A DNA stretch of 53,049 nucleotides, counting the filler, from Dirinaria sp. TL-2023a (Eukaryota): the NCBI GenBank assembly GCA_051941275.1. It is 2 parts of 2 records of this genome, joined end to end, with 100 filler letters (N's around TTAATTAATTAA, not from the genome) between each part and the next. Parts side by side here need not be neighbours in the genome. Positions count along the whole stretch, not along the records: positions 1 to 26,486 come from JAVEBF010000161.1; 1 more part is not named here. One strand, 5' to 3'. This document shows positions 1 to 12,779 of this stretch, one piece after another (the stretch's first letter is position 1; each line of letters opens with the position of its first letter). Below the pieces are notes generated by a model. That model was given only the letters and a program-made list of their open reading frames with translations. It did no database searches and had not been told where the DNA came from. The translations under genes were made by a program, and so were the position numbers.

Positions 1-2155
1 AGGGAGGGGGAAATGGCGAGCAATTGGGAGGATTGGGGACGCAAGGCAATGTACAAAGCTCGTAAAGCAGGAAGGAAGCAAAGTTGTGGGCTGGGGGCAA
101 GGTTAAAAGACGTCGGGATGTTGGGCTGGCAACAGCTTTTGGCTGCAGAATAAGGTAAGGTACAGAGGTACGATAAGGTGCCTTAGTACAGTAAGGTAGG
201 CGAAGCGTCATTACGGCGTCAAAACACCCCACCAACCATCCGCAGATGTGAACCTTAAGCGTCTCCGTACCTTATATTACACGTAGGAGTCTCTACTTTA
301 CCTTACATTATTCTTCACAAACTTCCCACTCAGCATTGATCAAGGAATCCAATGATAATAGTGTTTGGAAGTACGAATTGCCTCTTCCAAGCAATGAAGT
401 TACTTTATAACATCTTACCTCAAAATAATGCAGTAGGCAGTGAAACGAAAAACACGGGTAGACACTTCCCTTCCAAGTTCATCTCATCATCTCAACTGCA
501 TCACAGATCTACGGATGGTATCTGTGCGCAGCGAAGTAACCATGCACCAGATCCTGGTAGGATCACCATAATAGCTCCGTAATAACAACAACATTGGTGG
601 AGATCTCGATCTGCCTCGAGACTCGGCGGCTCTCTGACCGTCTAGCTGTTAGCACCAAACTGAGACTGCTGTTTTCGGACGAACAATGTAAGCGATACTG
701 ATCTCCTGCAAGCCGATTGGAGACGCTGCAAAAACCCTGAGAGTTGCCTTAGGCTGTTTCGGTAACGGCAGCAGGCTGAGAAACAGGGACCATCCCTTCC
801 CGCCTACACATGCATCATTAATGTACTTTTGTACTCTCCTACATCCCAGTGCCAATACGTGCCGATTTGCGTGCTGGCACTGGCCGGCTCGAGATTAGGG
901 AACCAAAAAGATCCTGCGTGCCAATCACATGATAAGGCGGCTCTCGAAGCATCAGCTGAGTCTGCTCCGTTCTTCTACCGCTTTCTATCTCATCTCGTCA
1001 TTGGGTATGGTGCCATTTCCCACCCGAGCGCCATTCGTCTCCAGACCGATTGGCTTGTGCGTGCCGCCAGCTTCATACTGGTTGCTGGGCTACATAGGCG
1101 CTTCAGAGTGCTCCACTTGTTCCATTCACGTCCCATTGGTCCAAGACCGAAATTGCTACCATGGGTCCCGACGACGTCTTCCCAGTTCCCAACCATAACC
1201 TTGCTTCAGGCTCTGCGTCAACGGTGTTATCAATAGTGACACAGAGGGCTTCAGACTGGGGTTTTCAAAGTCAATCATGTATGTACAGTACAGTAAGTAC
1301 CTGAAGGTAGATAATAATAGTGAAGATTTTAAGACACCAATGAATCACTCTGTCAACTAAGCCTATGTGGCGCGACGTGTCTGTAAACAAAGAAGTCTCA
1401 ACGCGTCATGCAGGGATCACGCAGTCACGTGGCTGGAAGAGATCAGATCTTGTAGAGAATCCAGCCACACATCTGTCGTTTTGGAATCGTTTTGACACTG
1501 CAAACATGAAAAATCACAACAATCATAGATTATGCTCTACGAGTGACCGCTTTGCTCACACCTGATACAATATAAAATACAACTTAAGGGATCTGACCCA
1601 CCACCCGCCTTCTTCGCCATATAGATTACAATTCAGACCCAATTTTTTCTCTTCTCGCGTCACAGTCACATACCTCGTCACCCATCCCACTACCACACCG
1701 CCCCCCCCTTCTTTCCTGGGAGACGTTTTGATTGAGCAGGGACCATAGACAATAGTCATTAACAGGAAAAGTCATTGAGTAAACGATACCACGTACAGTA
1801 TTCTTTCTTCGGTCTGAGAAGGCTGTAAGATAATTGTACCCGAGCCTCGCGACGTCCGTTTAGATAATGGCTAAGCCACTGAGCTCTCACTACCTTCGAA
1901 ACCATCAATTTTGAGACGGCTTTGGGACTTATCATATTTCATATCCTCTCATCGTCTACAGGAGCTGCGGCGCGGGAATTGGAAGTAAACAGCATCGTCT
2001 ATTGGCTTTAGCTAGAATACTGGCCTTTAGGTAGCCTAACCTTTTCAGTTAGTGTAGCATCCGTCCACGTATATTGCTTATCCCGCGCCGTCGTACAATT
2101 TCAGTCCAGCTATGGAGTTTGGAAGTATGCTGCGGGTCTGCAATCCTACCACAGC

Positions 2156-5100
2156 TCAGGAGGCGTGCAGTTGCGAGTTGCGAGCCGTGACACTCCAATT
2201 GAGCCAGTCAGTGAAGAACGACGCCCTTACATGCGACGCTGATGGACCTTCCATGAATCCGAGATGAGTCTGCCCATACATCGCCTCAATGGCTTCCAGG
2301 TTGTCTCTTTTGTGCGATATGAGTATTTTGACGAGCAGGAGGCTGGCCTGACTGCAAGCAGCGCCATATGCTTTAGATCCGTCCTTGCTTGCTTGAGCAT
2401 GGACGTCTCGAAGGAGCTCCATTACCTCCTTCGAGTTGGATAAAGTTGGACGGCTTTTCGGTGTGCAAAGCTTCGAGAAGTCCCGTATGACATCGTAGGC
2501 TTTGCTCGATACAATCGGGCTTTTAGTGGTCCGTATAACAGCTAGAAGTGGTATGAGAAGCGCCAATGCGAGCGCGTTCATGTGCTGGTGCTTGACATAA
2601 ACACCAAGTAGTTCTAAGACTCGGCATTTGAAGTTTTTGATGGCTTCGACAGCGTTTTTGTTCCGACTTCTGTTGTTGACTTGGATCTTTCGTTCTCGGA
2701 AGATCTTCTCAAGGTGCTCATCAAGAGCTTCCATCTGCTCGTCGTTCATGTCTTCATCGGAATGTTCGTTGCTGTCGCTTGCAGGGACACCGTCAAGAAC
2801 TGGTTGTGTACGCAGAGTATGTGCGAGCTCTGTATTAAACGCAACCAATTCCTCATCAGCACCCTCGCTGCTGTCGGCATCATCGTCATTGCTTAGTTCG
2901 GTTGAAGCCTTAGGTTCCAGAACAGCTTCGACCATGCCGGCTGCTGATACATCGGAGGATGGGTCTTCTTCTGACTCTGAACCTTGTTCTTCATCATCCA
3001 CAGCAAAGATCTCTCCGTGACCTGCCAAGCTCTCTCTGGTCTCCAAGACCTGGTTCTTGTCAGCAACTACGGAATACCAGATCTGTAAAACACAACAGGG
3101 GTACAAACCTTGAGCATGGATTGGAGACCATGACGGCTGATATCGTAAGTGCAAACTGGAAATACTTGTTGAGCTAAGCGACGAAACAAAAGAGAGGGCC
3201 TAGACACAAAGCTGAGGAGAATCTCGACTAGTGCGTCTGAGTTGCTTTTTTCGAATTTGTGCTTATGTTTAAGGAGCTGATCATATGAAGCCTTTAACTC
3301 GTCAAGGACCTCGACCGCTTCTGTCTCACCATTGTAGACCTGCAATGCTGTCAATGAATACAGCAATTGGAAAGCGTTCAAGAGTCGTTGCCTTGGGCCA
3401 GTTGAGGACAAGCTCTTGGAATGTATCTTGTCCAAGGTTACGAAGGCTTTATCAATGATTCTCTTGATTGCGTCGTCCGATTCGAATAGAAATCTTGCAT
3501 TTTCGGGCTTTTGAGCCTTCAAGCGGATGTACGTAATGAGCTCGTAAGAGAACTCTCCTGGCTGAGCGTATTTCGCTAGAATATGAGTCATACAAGATAA
3601 TATTCTCGACCTGAACATCTCTCTTGAGGAAGCAGAAATTGGAGGAATTGTTTTCTGGTCATTGGCTAAGGGATCCGCTTCTCGGACAAAGTAGGCATAC
3701 TCTGCGAACAGTGACAAGACCCGGCGAACGAAAGCAGTAAGCTCGATAGATCCATCTATGTCCTGTGCTACCACGTTCTGCCTTGATCGTATATGTGCGA
3801 CTATTTGATCGGCTACCATGCGTCGGCTTGCTGCTGCGGCAACGTCGTCCTGTGTATTTTGGCATGCGAGCAGCTGTGAAAGAAGAGGAATAAGATCAAG
3901 CAGAGCACCATTCTCGACCTTACTGAGCAGTCTTTCCAAGGTCTTGGTCTTTGTTACCTGATCAAAATTGAGCAGCGCTGAAGGAGTCCCTGAAAGACCT
4001 TTGAGAATGAGTATCGTAGCAGAATGTTCCTGGTCAACCCTTGCAAAAATGGATCTCAGCGCATTTTGCGCCACGCGGTGGAGGTAACGCTCTGAAGACG
4101 CGAGCTGATTCATGAGACATCGCATCAAATTGGTGCTGAATATTATGGGTATTAAATCGGCAGGTCCCGACTGCAGGACACGCTGGAATACTATAAACCC
4201 CCAGAACTTGCGCTCGTCTGAAGCTACCATTGAAAAAAGACTGTCTTGGGTAAAGTTAAGCATTGGTCCTCGGCCTTCTGGTGAGAACTCACTGTCTACA
4301 ACACCATTCCAGAAACTCTTCAGAGACAGACGTTCGGAGTTTACTTTCTCTCGAGCTTCCGAATGCTGCTCCCTAATGAGCGTAGATAAAACGACGTCCC
4401 AAGCGAAATGGAGTTTGGGCGACCAATTACGTTTCTTGCTAGTTACGCTGTTATCTTCATTCTCGCTAGATCCTGCACAAAAAGCTTCCGTCATAACTTT
4501 TACTATAGTCGATTTCTCCTCGCGATGAAGGGGGTCATCGTGTTCCCATACCGCATGAGGCAGCTGTATTTGAACCCCAGATTGAGAAGCTAGCCAGATT
4601 GCTACCCCTTCTGGTGTCTTGGTTAGGCCATTGGATACGAGCGCGCGGAGTAGATACTCGATGTGCTGACGATGCTTCTTTTGAACGCTCACATCCTTGA
4701 CTGCTCTGTACAAGACCCAACCACATTCCTCTCGCAGCTGTACTTTTTTCTTTGCAAGTTCGCAGATAATGTCAACAATCTGTGCCCAGCACTCGCCGCT
4801 TACGCCGGCACTGAAGAGTACACCAGAACGGATGATTGCTTCAGCGCCAAACAAGCGCCCAAAATTGTGGTCTCGGACTTCCTGTGCGGAGGCTATCAGC
4901 TACTGAAAGCTTTGTAGATAAGATCAACCACCTTTCCGGATACGTTGCCGCTGGCAGTCGAATGCTGTATCAAAGCAACAATTACGTCCTGAACATCTAT
5001 GTGTGCATAGGCGTCACTCTTGGCCTTGTCTTGTGACTGAGCTAGAAGCTCTATGAGCGCGACTGAAAACCCGAGCCGAGCCGCTTTACGGCCACTGCAC

Positions 5101-5294
5101 AATCCTCTAATAAGCCTTGTCAAAACATTGGTGGTGTGCTGCGTCCGAGGTGGATCTTGCTCGGATGCAAGCTTCAATAGCAGGTTCTGCGCGGCTTTGA
5201 GCCGAACATTCTCGTCCTCGTGTGCAAGATCTTCGTATATCTCCACCAGTTGGCCGTCGATTGTCGTCTGATCTCGCCTGCGTTTCCTCGACAT
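2156..5294 (-). CDS. POL5: Nucleolar DNA polymerase V/phi-like protein (Pol5/MYBBP1A family), 4 exons
   Basis: N-terminus 'IYEDLAHEDENVRLKAA...RLIRGLCSGRKAARLGFSVALIELL' is the Pol5 signature; C-terminus has an acidic stretch and 'NFKCRVLELL'. ORFs 4896-5294, 3067-4854 and 2156-3154 join in frame through introns 4882-4931, 4245-4292 and 3050-3108. Confidence 0.93.
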
Positions 5295-7765
5295 GACGGA
5301 GGGTTGCTCCTACGGGTACTCGGTCATACGGTAATGTGCGCGATCGTAATCTATTAGATATACGTGTAGATAAAATATCCCACCATATCTTTTTGCGTTG
5401 TATTTCCTCAATATATTAGGCTTATCGCGTACGCACAGAATCGCCAAGTTCGGTCGCCTCTTTGTTTTACCTTATGCTAAGATACTACTTCGCCACCGCG
5501 CTTGGTAAGCGGTCAAGTAGCACACCAGTCTTTTGGATTCAGAAGTACCTATGAGACCAGATTTTTAGAGAAGGTAGTCTCAATTGACAGGTTTGGATAG
5601 ACCCTTATACAAAGCTCAGACTTGGGGTTATTTGTTTGAGAGACTCAACAGGACAAATCCTCACACACGTAACTAACTCTATCTACGATAGAAAGGTACT
5701 TTGGATAGGTGGGGTAGGCAAAACTAAATTTAACAGTGAGAAAGGCTTCTAAAAAACATTCAAATATCGGCGGGTGTGGAAATCTCATGATGCTGAGACC
5801 TTAAGGTAGGTATGTCACGTGCCTTTGTTGATGCTGAATAAGCAATCTCGTCATGTGACAGGCTCTGCAATTGGGAACCAACGGTCTAATACGTATTTGT
5901 TGACCAAGGGGGCCGAATCCCCAAATAGACATGGAGGTCTACGACTGTCAGATTTACTACTTTAATGTTCATCAGTTCCAATCGCACTGGCGAATGGGCC
6001 AAGGATCAGATCTCAAAATCCCATTTAAGCAGTTGACCCCAGGAGTGGACCGTTGCAAAGAGACAAAAACGAGAACGAATCCCATCAATAGGAGGTTGTA
6101 AGATGGGCTGCTTCAGTTCATGATTCCATACAAATGCATTTTCCAAAGCCATATTCCTGAACAATCTGAGCTGTGAGAGCCTGAAGAGAATGAAAGGTAG
6201 AGGGTAAGCCAGTATATCTTGTTCCATACTGCTACACTGGTAACAGCATGCAAGGTTCATAAGCCGCATTCAGTCTCCCCACTTTCTAACTCTCATGCCC
6301 TGCGTAAAGTGCCTTAATTATGCCTCATCAGATGCTAGGTGATATAGATGTATTCTAGCTCTTGACGCAACGCATCTCCAGCCGTCGTTTGCGTTTGCAG
6401 CTGGTAAAGAGTAAAGCCTCTCACTTTACTTTCTAGCATCGGCCGTGAAATGCCTCTGCAAGGTTCTGATAAACCTAACTCGAAGCATGTACAGTGATAT
6501 CATGCAGTCGGCTGATTTGATTCCGGAATTCGTTCGGTTGCTATGTTCCCAGCCTATGCGGCACGGAGTAAAGCTTCTGCGAAGACCTAGAGTCTACAGT
6601 TGCAGACGCGGCCCGATACCTTCGAGGAGATCGAGATTAATGCTGTACTCTCTCGGAATTTCAGCATCTCTATCGGGTCTTGTGAACGGTGATAACAAAG
6701 AGATGTGACGGTCGGTATCTTCAAAGAATGTATACTCGATTGATCAGATCTGGATCTAATTTGAGAGATGCAGTGTGTGCTTCACTTACGAAGAGGATGA
6801 CGAGTTAGCATTGACCTCAGGATTTGTCGATCGATATGCGCCAAATTGAAATGTGCGACTAGGGACTAGAATGGATTATAGCCTCACAAAAGCTGTATTG
6901 GAGGAGGACAGATGTGCCGCTTAAGGCCAAGGCCGCTGATCGGAACCGTACTGCCAGCGCTATCACACTCGTGCGCAGAGTGGTGCTCTATGCGGAGCAA
7001 AGGCGTCAGCAGGAACCAAATCACCTTTTTCACTGAACCTGTATATAGCGGCTCAATGCTTATAGAAAGACGAAAGTCATTCCCCTGTAAGGTGGAAAGT
7101 AACCTCACAACCATATGATATCATAAAGCATCGCATGAGATTCAGCTGCAGCAATACGTTAGAAGGGAACAATCTAATCTACAGTCCAAGGAAATCAGGG
7201 TCTGCGTAGAAGCTTAAGACAATGGGTAGGGATTAAAGAGGCGAAAGATAAAATATTCAGGGAAGTTTTATGTAGCTCAAGTATTCCAATTACGCTGGTT
7301 TAGTGTATCATCAAGCTCTTGTTCATCAAAGTACCAAAGAGAGACTTCGAAACATGCAAAACTGTAGACCGAAGCCATTGGCTATCGAGGAAGCGCCACT
7401 AATCAATCTTTCGGGCACACTGTGAAGGAAGCAAAAGCTGAGCGTGAACCGCATCTAGCTCATTCGATCAATAAACCTACTAGATGTTTAATCATTGTTT
7501 CGAGTAGTACGCAACCAATTAAAGTTAAGGCAATTCGAAAGAATTGATTGCTTGCTATTTTGGAAACACTCCGGTCTATTGGAGATGAGGCTCTATGCAA
7601 TGGAACAGATGTACTTACTCTAGAGGTAGCCCGACCGAACGGTACGAAGAACTTTATGTGAACAAAATCAGTCGATGCTGTAGCACGCATTGCTACATTG
7701 TGCTATTGGAGCCCGACTTGAGATCCGGATGAAAGTGTTTTCGAGATGCTCTAAACTTCCTGCAG

Positions 7766-9256
7766 CTACATGATAACTTCATTGGTAACATCCTAGATTC
7801 ATATCAGCACAGATGTTCGAGTTAAGAGGGCCTTCTGCAGAAGAGACATACTCGCTTCAACTCCTTGTTTGGTAGACAGACGCAATTCTGCACTCTAACC
7901 TCATCTCCTACGCCGCAATCCTTGCCCAGTATTGTGATGCTCTGGACCTTGACGCCATTCTTCACAATGCTAGTCGTATGGCTTCCGACTGGTGTTGGTG
8001 TTCCTTCAACTCTTGCCCACGCACCTACTCGGCTGTTCCACCCAATGATTGAGTATAGTACACAAGCGTCATGCTTGATTTCAGCATCTTCGAGCACAAT
8101 TGACTCCTTGACACGAACCCCCGCACCTATGATAGCCCGAGGACCGATAGACACGTTAGGACCGAGCTTTGCTGTCGGGTCAACTTCCGCCGAAGGATGG
8201 ATATAGACTGGGGGGAGAATATTGCCCGAGGGAGTAGCAAGTTCTTCCGATTGTGATTGAAAGGCCTTTTGAAGGTACAAAGCATTTGCTGGAACAGCAG
8301 ATCCAGCGGTCTTGATCTGGCGCCAGAAATCTCTCGTCTCGTGCACGAAGAATTGCTTGCTGTCTGCAAGATCAGACAGAATATCCTGCTCTAAACGAAG
8401 CACCTCGTTTTTTTCCCCATCTTCTAGCTTTTCTGCAAAGAACGACGAGTCCAGGTTCTCAGCTGACGGGTATGAGACAAGGCGGGGACGGTCTGAGCGG
8501 CGCTTGATTGCTGACTTGATAGACGGAAATATTGTTTCGGTGGAGAAAAGATAGACGCCGCAATTAATAAGATTCGAAATATGCGACTCCGGTTTTTCGA
8601 CGTAATGCAACACTCGCTTCGTGTGCGCATCGGAGACGATACATCCGAAATTCGTGGCGGCATCGTTACTGACCCTCGTGCCTAGAATGATCGCTTCTGC
8701 GTCTCGGTCCTCGAAGAGCTTCAACATCTCATTTAAAGGAAAAGAGCAGCAAACATCGGCGTTGATGACGAAGAAGCGGTCCGGATTGCCTCTTAGGATG
8801 GCATCACGAAAGTGATAGAGTCCGCCTGCGGTGCCTAAAGCCTGGTATTCGCGCAGGTATTGAAGCTTGATTTGCGGGAGCTCGCGGGCCGAGTCTTTAA
8901 TAAAATCTCGAAAGACGCTCTCGTCGTAATATCCGATCACATCGACTTCGCGAATGCCTGGCACCTTGGCAATGGCTCGTAGACAATGCCAAATGATGGG
9001 ATGGCCGGCCACATCGAAAAGCGGCTGGATACTGATCAATAAGGGCTCTGGTTGATGACACAGATCAGATCCATACATACTTTGGGAACATCGAGGGAAA
9101 GCGGTCTGAAGCGTGTGCCTCTTGAAGGTCCGCCAACCTAGAAGTCCTGTCAGCTTTGGTTCGGCTAGCGGTCTTCGGAGAATTTACAAGAATCACAGCT
9201 TTCGTTGATGCGTTGCTCGTACCATTGATTTGGCGATGCGGTATCTGAAGTGACAT
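7766..9256 (-). CDS. Mannose-1-phosphate guanyltransferase, GMPPA/alpha-type (NTP-transferase plus hexapeptide left-handed beta-helix), spliced
   Basis: Spliced N-terminus '[35 protein letters not shown]', 'HYVEKP', hexapeptide repeats 'VYIHPSAEVDPTAKLGPNVSIGP'. Introns ~9138-9187, ~9025-9080, ~7793-7851; last exon DVTNEVIM* ends at 7766. Confidence 0.95.
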
Positions 9257-9384
9257 TTTCTGCTCGCTGAAAGCCTAGGGCAGGTTTCACTGAGTTGATG
9301 TTGTCGGTTGAAAGATTTTGTCAAGCAGCGAGGAATGTCAAGGACACCTAAACTTAAGGTACCTTACCTTAGGTACTCTTATGG

Positions 9385-9429
9385 CGGACCCTGATCAGAC
9401 CCTGATCGGAACCTGATCGGACCCTGACC
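9385..9429. repeat. Short tandem repeat, about 4 x 11-12 bp (GACCCTGATCG-like), upstream of the GMPP gene
   Basis: Direct reading: gaccctgatca gaccctgatcg gaacctgatcg ggaccctgacc. Confidence 0.7.
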
Positions 9430-10849
9430 TATCAGTGTACTAGGGGGCGAGGAGATGTTCACTAGGTACCGTAAGGTAAGGTAAGATAGAGTACAGAGAC
9501 TCACGGTAAGATACTGTAAGCAAGGTGACAAGTCAGAGTCAAGATTAAATGTCAATGCGATTTTTCCACGTACACAAACTTGTTCTCCTAAGGATGGAAA
9601 TTGGAAAAGATGGTGAGAAAAAGATCCACTGCCATCCTATTTCGGTGGTATGGATGCTTTTCGCCTGAAGCACCTAATTATTGAGGGTGGAAGCTTCTAT
9701 TTATAGCTATCATATAAGCCATGTAAAGGGTAAGGCCAGGAGAATTAGGACTAGAAACATCCATCCAACGCGGATACGTATGTTAGGGACTAAAATGATG
9801 GGGCCTATAATGCCTGATAATGTGGGTAAACTTGTTGGAAATCATCGGTATCAGGGCTCAGCCAGGGTTCGGCCCGGCTAGTTAACCCGCTAGTTCCACC
9901 TCCTGTATTTGGTCTGGAAAACTCTGCCATAGATTTTCCCCCTTAATGCCAATAATCATCCTAAGAAATCACCTCCCACTGCATGTATTCCAACAAAACT
10001 GTATGGATAATGATGATGCTAAGTACATGGTGGCCTGGGTGCAATTGAAATACCCAGTGTGGGCCGGGGATAAGCCCTATGGCCGGCGCTAAACCCTTCT
10101 TGGCATGCCCTCCGCAACACGCATGGAGAATCCATAACAACGTACCTCTGGCTGTCTCGCTTAATTATTTCTCCAGTATGCCATGGCTGATCCATCGTGC
10201 CTTCGCTGATGGTTGCCAGGTTTTTACTGAATTTCAGCTTACATTCTAAGCGTCCAGGTATAATCACAGTGGGCAATCGTTGATATGCTTGACGTTCGAA
10301 TTGTTCTGCAAACGCCGTGTAGGAGTCATCTGATCCTTGAGATGTATGTACCTAGATACTAATCTCCTACCGCATACTCTTGCAATAATAGTTGTCGCAA
10401 TTTGATTGCAGCCAAATCTTTCAAGATAGGTAGTGTTAGGGCTGCTGGGACACGAGAAAATTACACGTAGTATCTTAAGCGCGAAGGCGCCAGAATCGTG
10501 ATCAGGTTAGGATGTGTTGTGTTATCTATTCGAATTCCATAGAGGCATGGGGCTTTTCCGGTACCTTTTTCGATCCTGGTGTTCATAATATAGCTACTGA
10601 CATGGAAAATGAACAGTTAATCTCCCACCATACTGCACACAAAGCTGACAGTCACTGCCAGCCAGACTGAGTGGCTCTCCTTATAATCACTCCCTCGCTG
10701 CTCATAAATTTACAGCTTTATTCCAAGCTGGATCTGCAGGACCCGTTGTAGATACACCGTCATGCTGAAGTCCGATGTCTTGTGTGTGTGTCTCCACTCC
10801 AGTGGCAAGCTCATTAATGTGGCCATTGGGAAGAACGATATTCGCGGAG

Positions 10850-11341
10850 TTAATGCTCTGGCTTTTGAACCTTGTTCATTCGATAGTAAGCCGAGATGGC
10901 TGCTTTGAAGTCGTACGCCACAGGAAAGTATGCACGGCCTCATTGGACATTGGGGAGTTTCTGAAAGTAAGAAGTCTGGAGTAGCTGATCCTACGCAGGC
11001 AACTTGCTCCGGATGACGCAATCGGCACTCGCGGTGGCCGTCATTATGGTCGTATTTGTGCATGACTTGATGCTTTGCGGAATGACCAGGTCACTCAGTT
11101 TGCTCTCAAGATCCACGTGGGCATAACTGCTCGAGTCCGAGTCTCCTCGCTGTACCTGCACGTGTGCTGGCGGCGCTGTAGGAGATGCTGTGGCAGCTCG
11201 AATGTTGTGAGCAAGCTCCCTGTCTTCCAAATTGGGCAGGGCACTGGAAGGTGGCATTGTAGGATTTGCAAAAGGGGCAGACGTTGACAACGCTGCGTAT
11301 TGGACCATGAGGAGAGAAGAAACCAGTAGACCTGAGCGCAT
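10850..11341 (-). CDS. Small secreted protein with Cys-rich C-terminus (about 132 aa; predicted 3 exons, first intron GC-AG)
   Basis: Signal-peptide-like start MRSGLLVSSLLMVQYAALSTSAP. Putative introns 10961-11007 (GCAAGT...TTTCAG) and 10871-10916 (GTACGA...AACAAG) give in-frame ...SCTNTT...ADCVIRKTPQCPMRPCILSCGVQKPEH*. Confidence 0.5.
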
Positions 11342-12779
11342 ATTTTTCGTCTGTTGTCGGTATTCTGTGTATCATGAAAGAGATATGTTAACCGTTTTAG
11401 TTGGATTCCTCGTTGGAAGTAGTGCCGTATCAGGGACATTGACCATGATCGTACAAGCTTATATACTGGAAGCAAGTAGTATGGCTGGAATTATTTTCTC
11501 ATTGAGTGGCGCCGATCATCATGGGCTATCATAGTCGAAAAAGGGTTTGACTCTGTTGACCGTTGCGATATCCATAGTGTCGGCACTTGAGATAGTTCCC
11601 GCACATCCATTTAGGCACGCAAGCGCCGTAACACATAATGACGAGAGTAGTGTGTGATAACTGATAAGTAGTGTGGGACTGGCATCAGAAACAGGCGTAA
11701 GTAACCCAAAGAGGTCATGAGGCAGGTGTTTCTACCGCACGGATCAATAATATTCTGGGCCAGAGAATGGGCAAATCTTCGTACATCGTATTTGCCAGAA
11801 AATGGCGCATGCACGAATCTCTGATAGGCGTGGACTTTCAACAAAGCCTCTGTGGTCGTGTCGGCTATCGCATTGATTCCGGGTTGAGCCGCAACACATC
11901 ACTTCCAGCGAACGATACCTAACGTACCTTAGTGGCGATGGCCATATCAACCCACTTGCAGCGCCTTACCAGGGGTACTACTGGGCCGATTATGCAATCT
12001 AGCTTGGCTAAGGTACCTAGGTGATCGTCAAAGGCTAAGCGTCGCTCATCAAGGAAATATTTTTTAGTATGCGCAAAGTTAAAAAGATCATACTGCGTCA
12101 CCAATATTCTGTAGGTAATTGAATGAATGATAGAGACGTGCTTGATCATTGTGAAATATGGAGCTTAATTCTCACACGACTTCTGATCCATAATCTTCGT
12201 TGCCACTTCGAGTTTTATTAGTCGTACGTGTTGCAGTAACTGAAAGCACGATTGGCTGCAGGAAAGCCAGGGGTCATTTATCCAGTCGAATACACGATGC
12301 AATGTCGTCAAGGAAGGCGCTCCCACCTGTACCCATGACAGCGCCCACTAGACGGACTACTCTCAGTCAGCAAGAGCAAATAAACCCCCTAGGGGCCACT
12401 GCGCTACTTTTTGAGGATCCATTGTTGCGGTGTGTTGTACGGTGGTGAACGATGCTGAGTGATACCTACCCATGAATGATTAGACAAAGCCCACAGTGCA
12501 AGCGGCAGGTTGAGGATCGTGCAAGATCTTGTTGGTTGTTTTAGTGTCCTACATACCCTATCGACCGGAATGACTCGCCAATGAAGTGACTTATCTTTAA
12601 GCCGGGTGTTGTTATAAAAATCTGCAAGTCCAAATATAGCCTACGGATTGATCCCGTGATACTCCGTACTTGTGATGGGATTATTGGCTTAACAGTCTAA
12701 ATCCTCAAATTCGACGTGTCTGCCCGATAGTCAGTTCTTAGAGGGTTGTCGCAAGTTTTTTCCTGTGCATGTATACCAT

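Noticed and set aside
352..1759. Several short overlapping ORFs
   Set aside because: No recognisable motifs, no consistent splice model, mostly non-ATG starts.
5600..7700. Long intergenic region with short ORFs; possible decayed gene or transposon
   Set aside because: No transposase/RT motif or terminal repeats found; cannot be assigned.
9385..9429. Repeat array considered as CRISPR-like
   Set aside because: Units are adjacent with no spacers, eukaryotic context, no cas genes.
11600..12450. Short minus-strand ORFs that might be a gene relic
   Set aside because: No family recognised; frames do not join convincingly.
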